This document shows, piece by piece, positions 46,445 to 64,000 of a DNA stretch of 64,000 nt (its first letter is position 1; each line of letters begins with the position of its first letter). The notes beneath the pieces were generated by a model. That model had not been told where the DNA came from and made no database searches. It saw only the letters and a list, made by a program, of their open reading frames with translations. Source of the DNA: an uncultured bacterium (lineage in GTDB: Bacteria > Acidobacteriota > Thermoanaerobaculia > Multivoradales > JAHZIX01); NCBI GenBank assembly GCA_965368975.1, contig CBDUPA010000015.1, positions 108,778 to 172,777 of the forward strand, given 5' to 3'. The position numbers were made by a program, and so were the translations under genes.

Positions 46445-64000
<17,556 letters not shown>

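Overview
GC-rich bacterial chromosomal window with a Gram-negative envelope (TolC/RND present). An Acidobacteria-like or Planctomycete/Myxococcota-like host is my guess from gene content only. Left to right: addA/addB-type helicase-nuclease pair, GAF-GGDEF cyclase, upp, an RND efflux operon whose TolC carries an N-terminal substrate-binding-like domain, and a DUF4136-like protein. Next is an ATP-cone/2-phosphoglycerate-kinase/ApgM-mutase fusion, divergent from a Pho-box-preceded pstS-pstC-pstA-arsC operon that has no pstB. Then msrA, an exported Rid protein, an Xre-RES toxin-antitoxin pair, a quinone-oxidoreductase relic and a V/A-type ATPase operon in B-D-I-K-E-DUF2764-A order. Then an ECF sigma with a Ser/Thr kinase fused to a CE4 deacetylase, facing a secreted glycoside-hydrolase-like gene, followed by a Tat-exported flavin amine oxidase, Mrr and a cupin. 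The window ends in a co-oriented block: a 5'-truncated hybrid PKS-NRPS of more than 17.5 kb (KS-AT-ACP-AMT-C-A-PCP-C-A-PCP-KS-AT-KR0-ACP-TE), a eukaryote-type arginine methyltransferase (PRMT), a possible BPI/TULIP-like protein and a full-length homologue of animal GPI-specific phospholipase D. The strongest novelty candidates are that eukaryote-like block, the 2PGK-ApgM fusion, the kinase-deacetylase receptor, and REP palindromes with a compensatory base pair embedded in the megasynthase in different reading frames. No rRNA, tRNA, CRISPR array or transposase was seen. All assignments are by motif recognition; no database searches were run.
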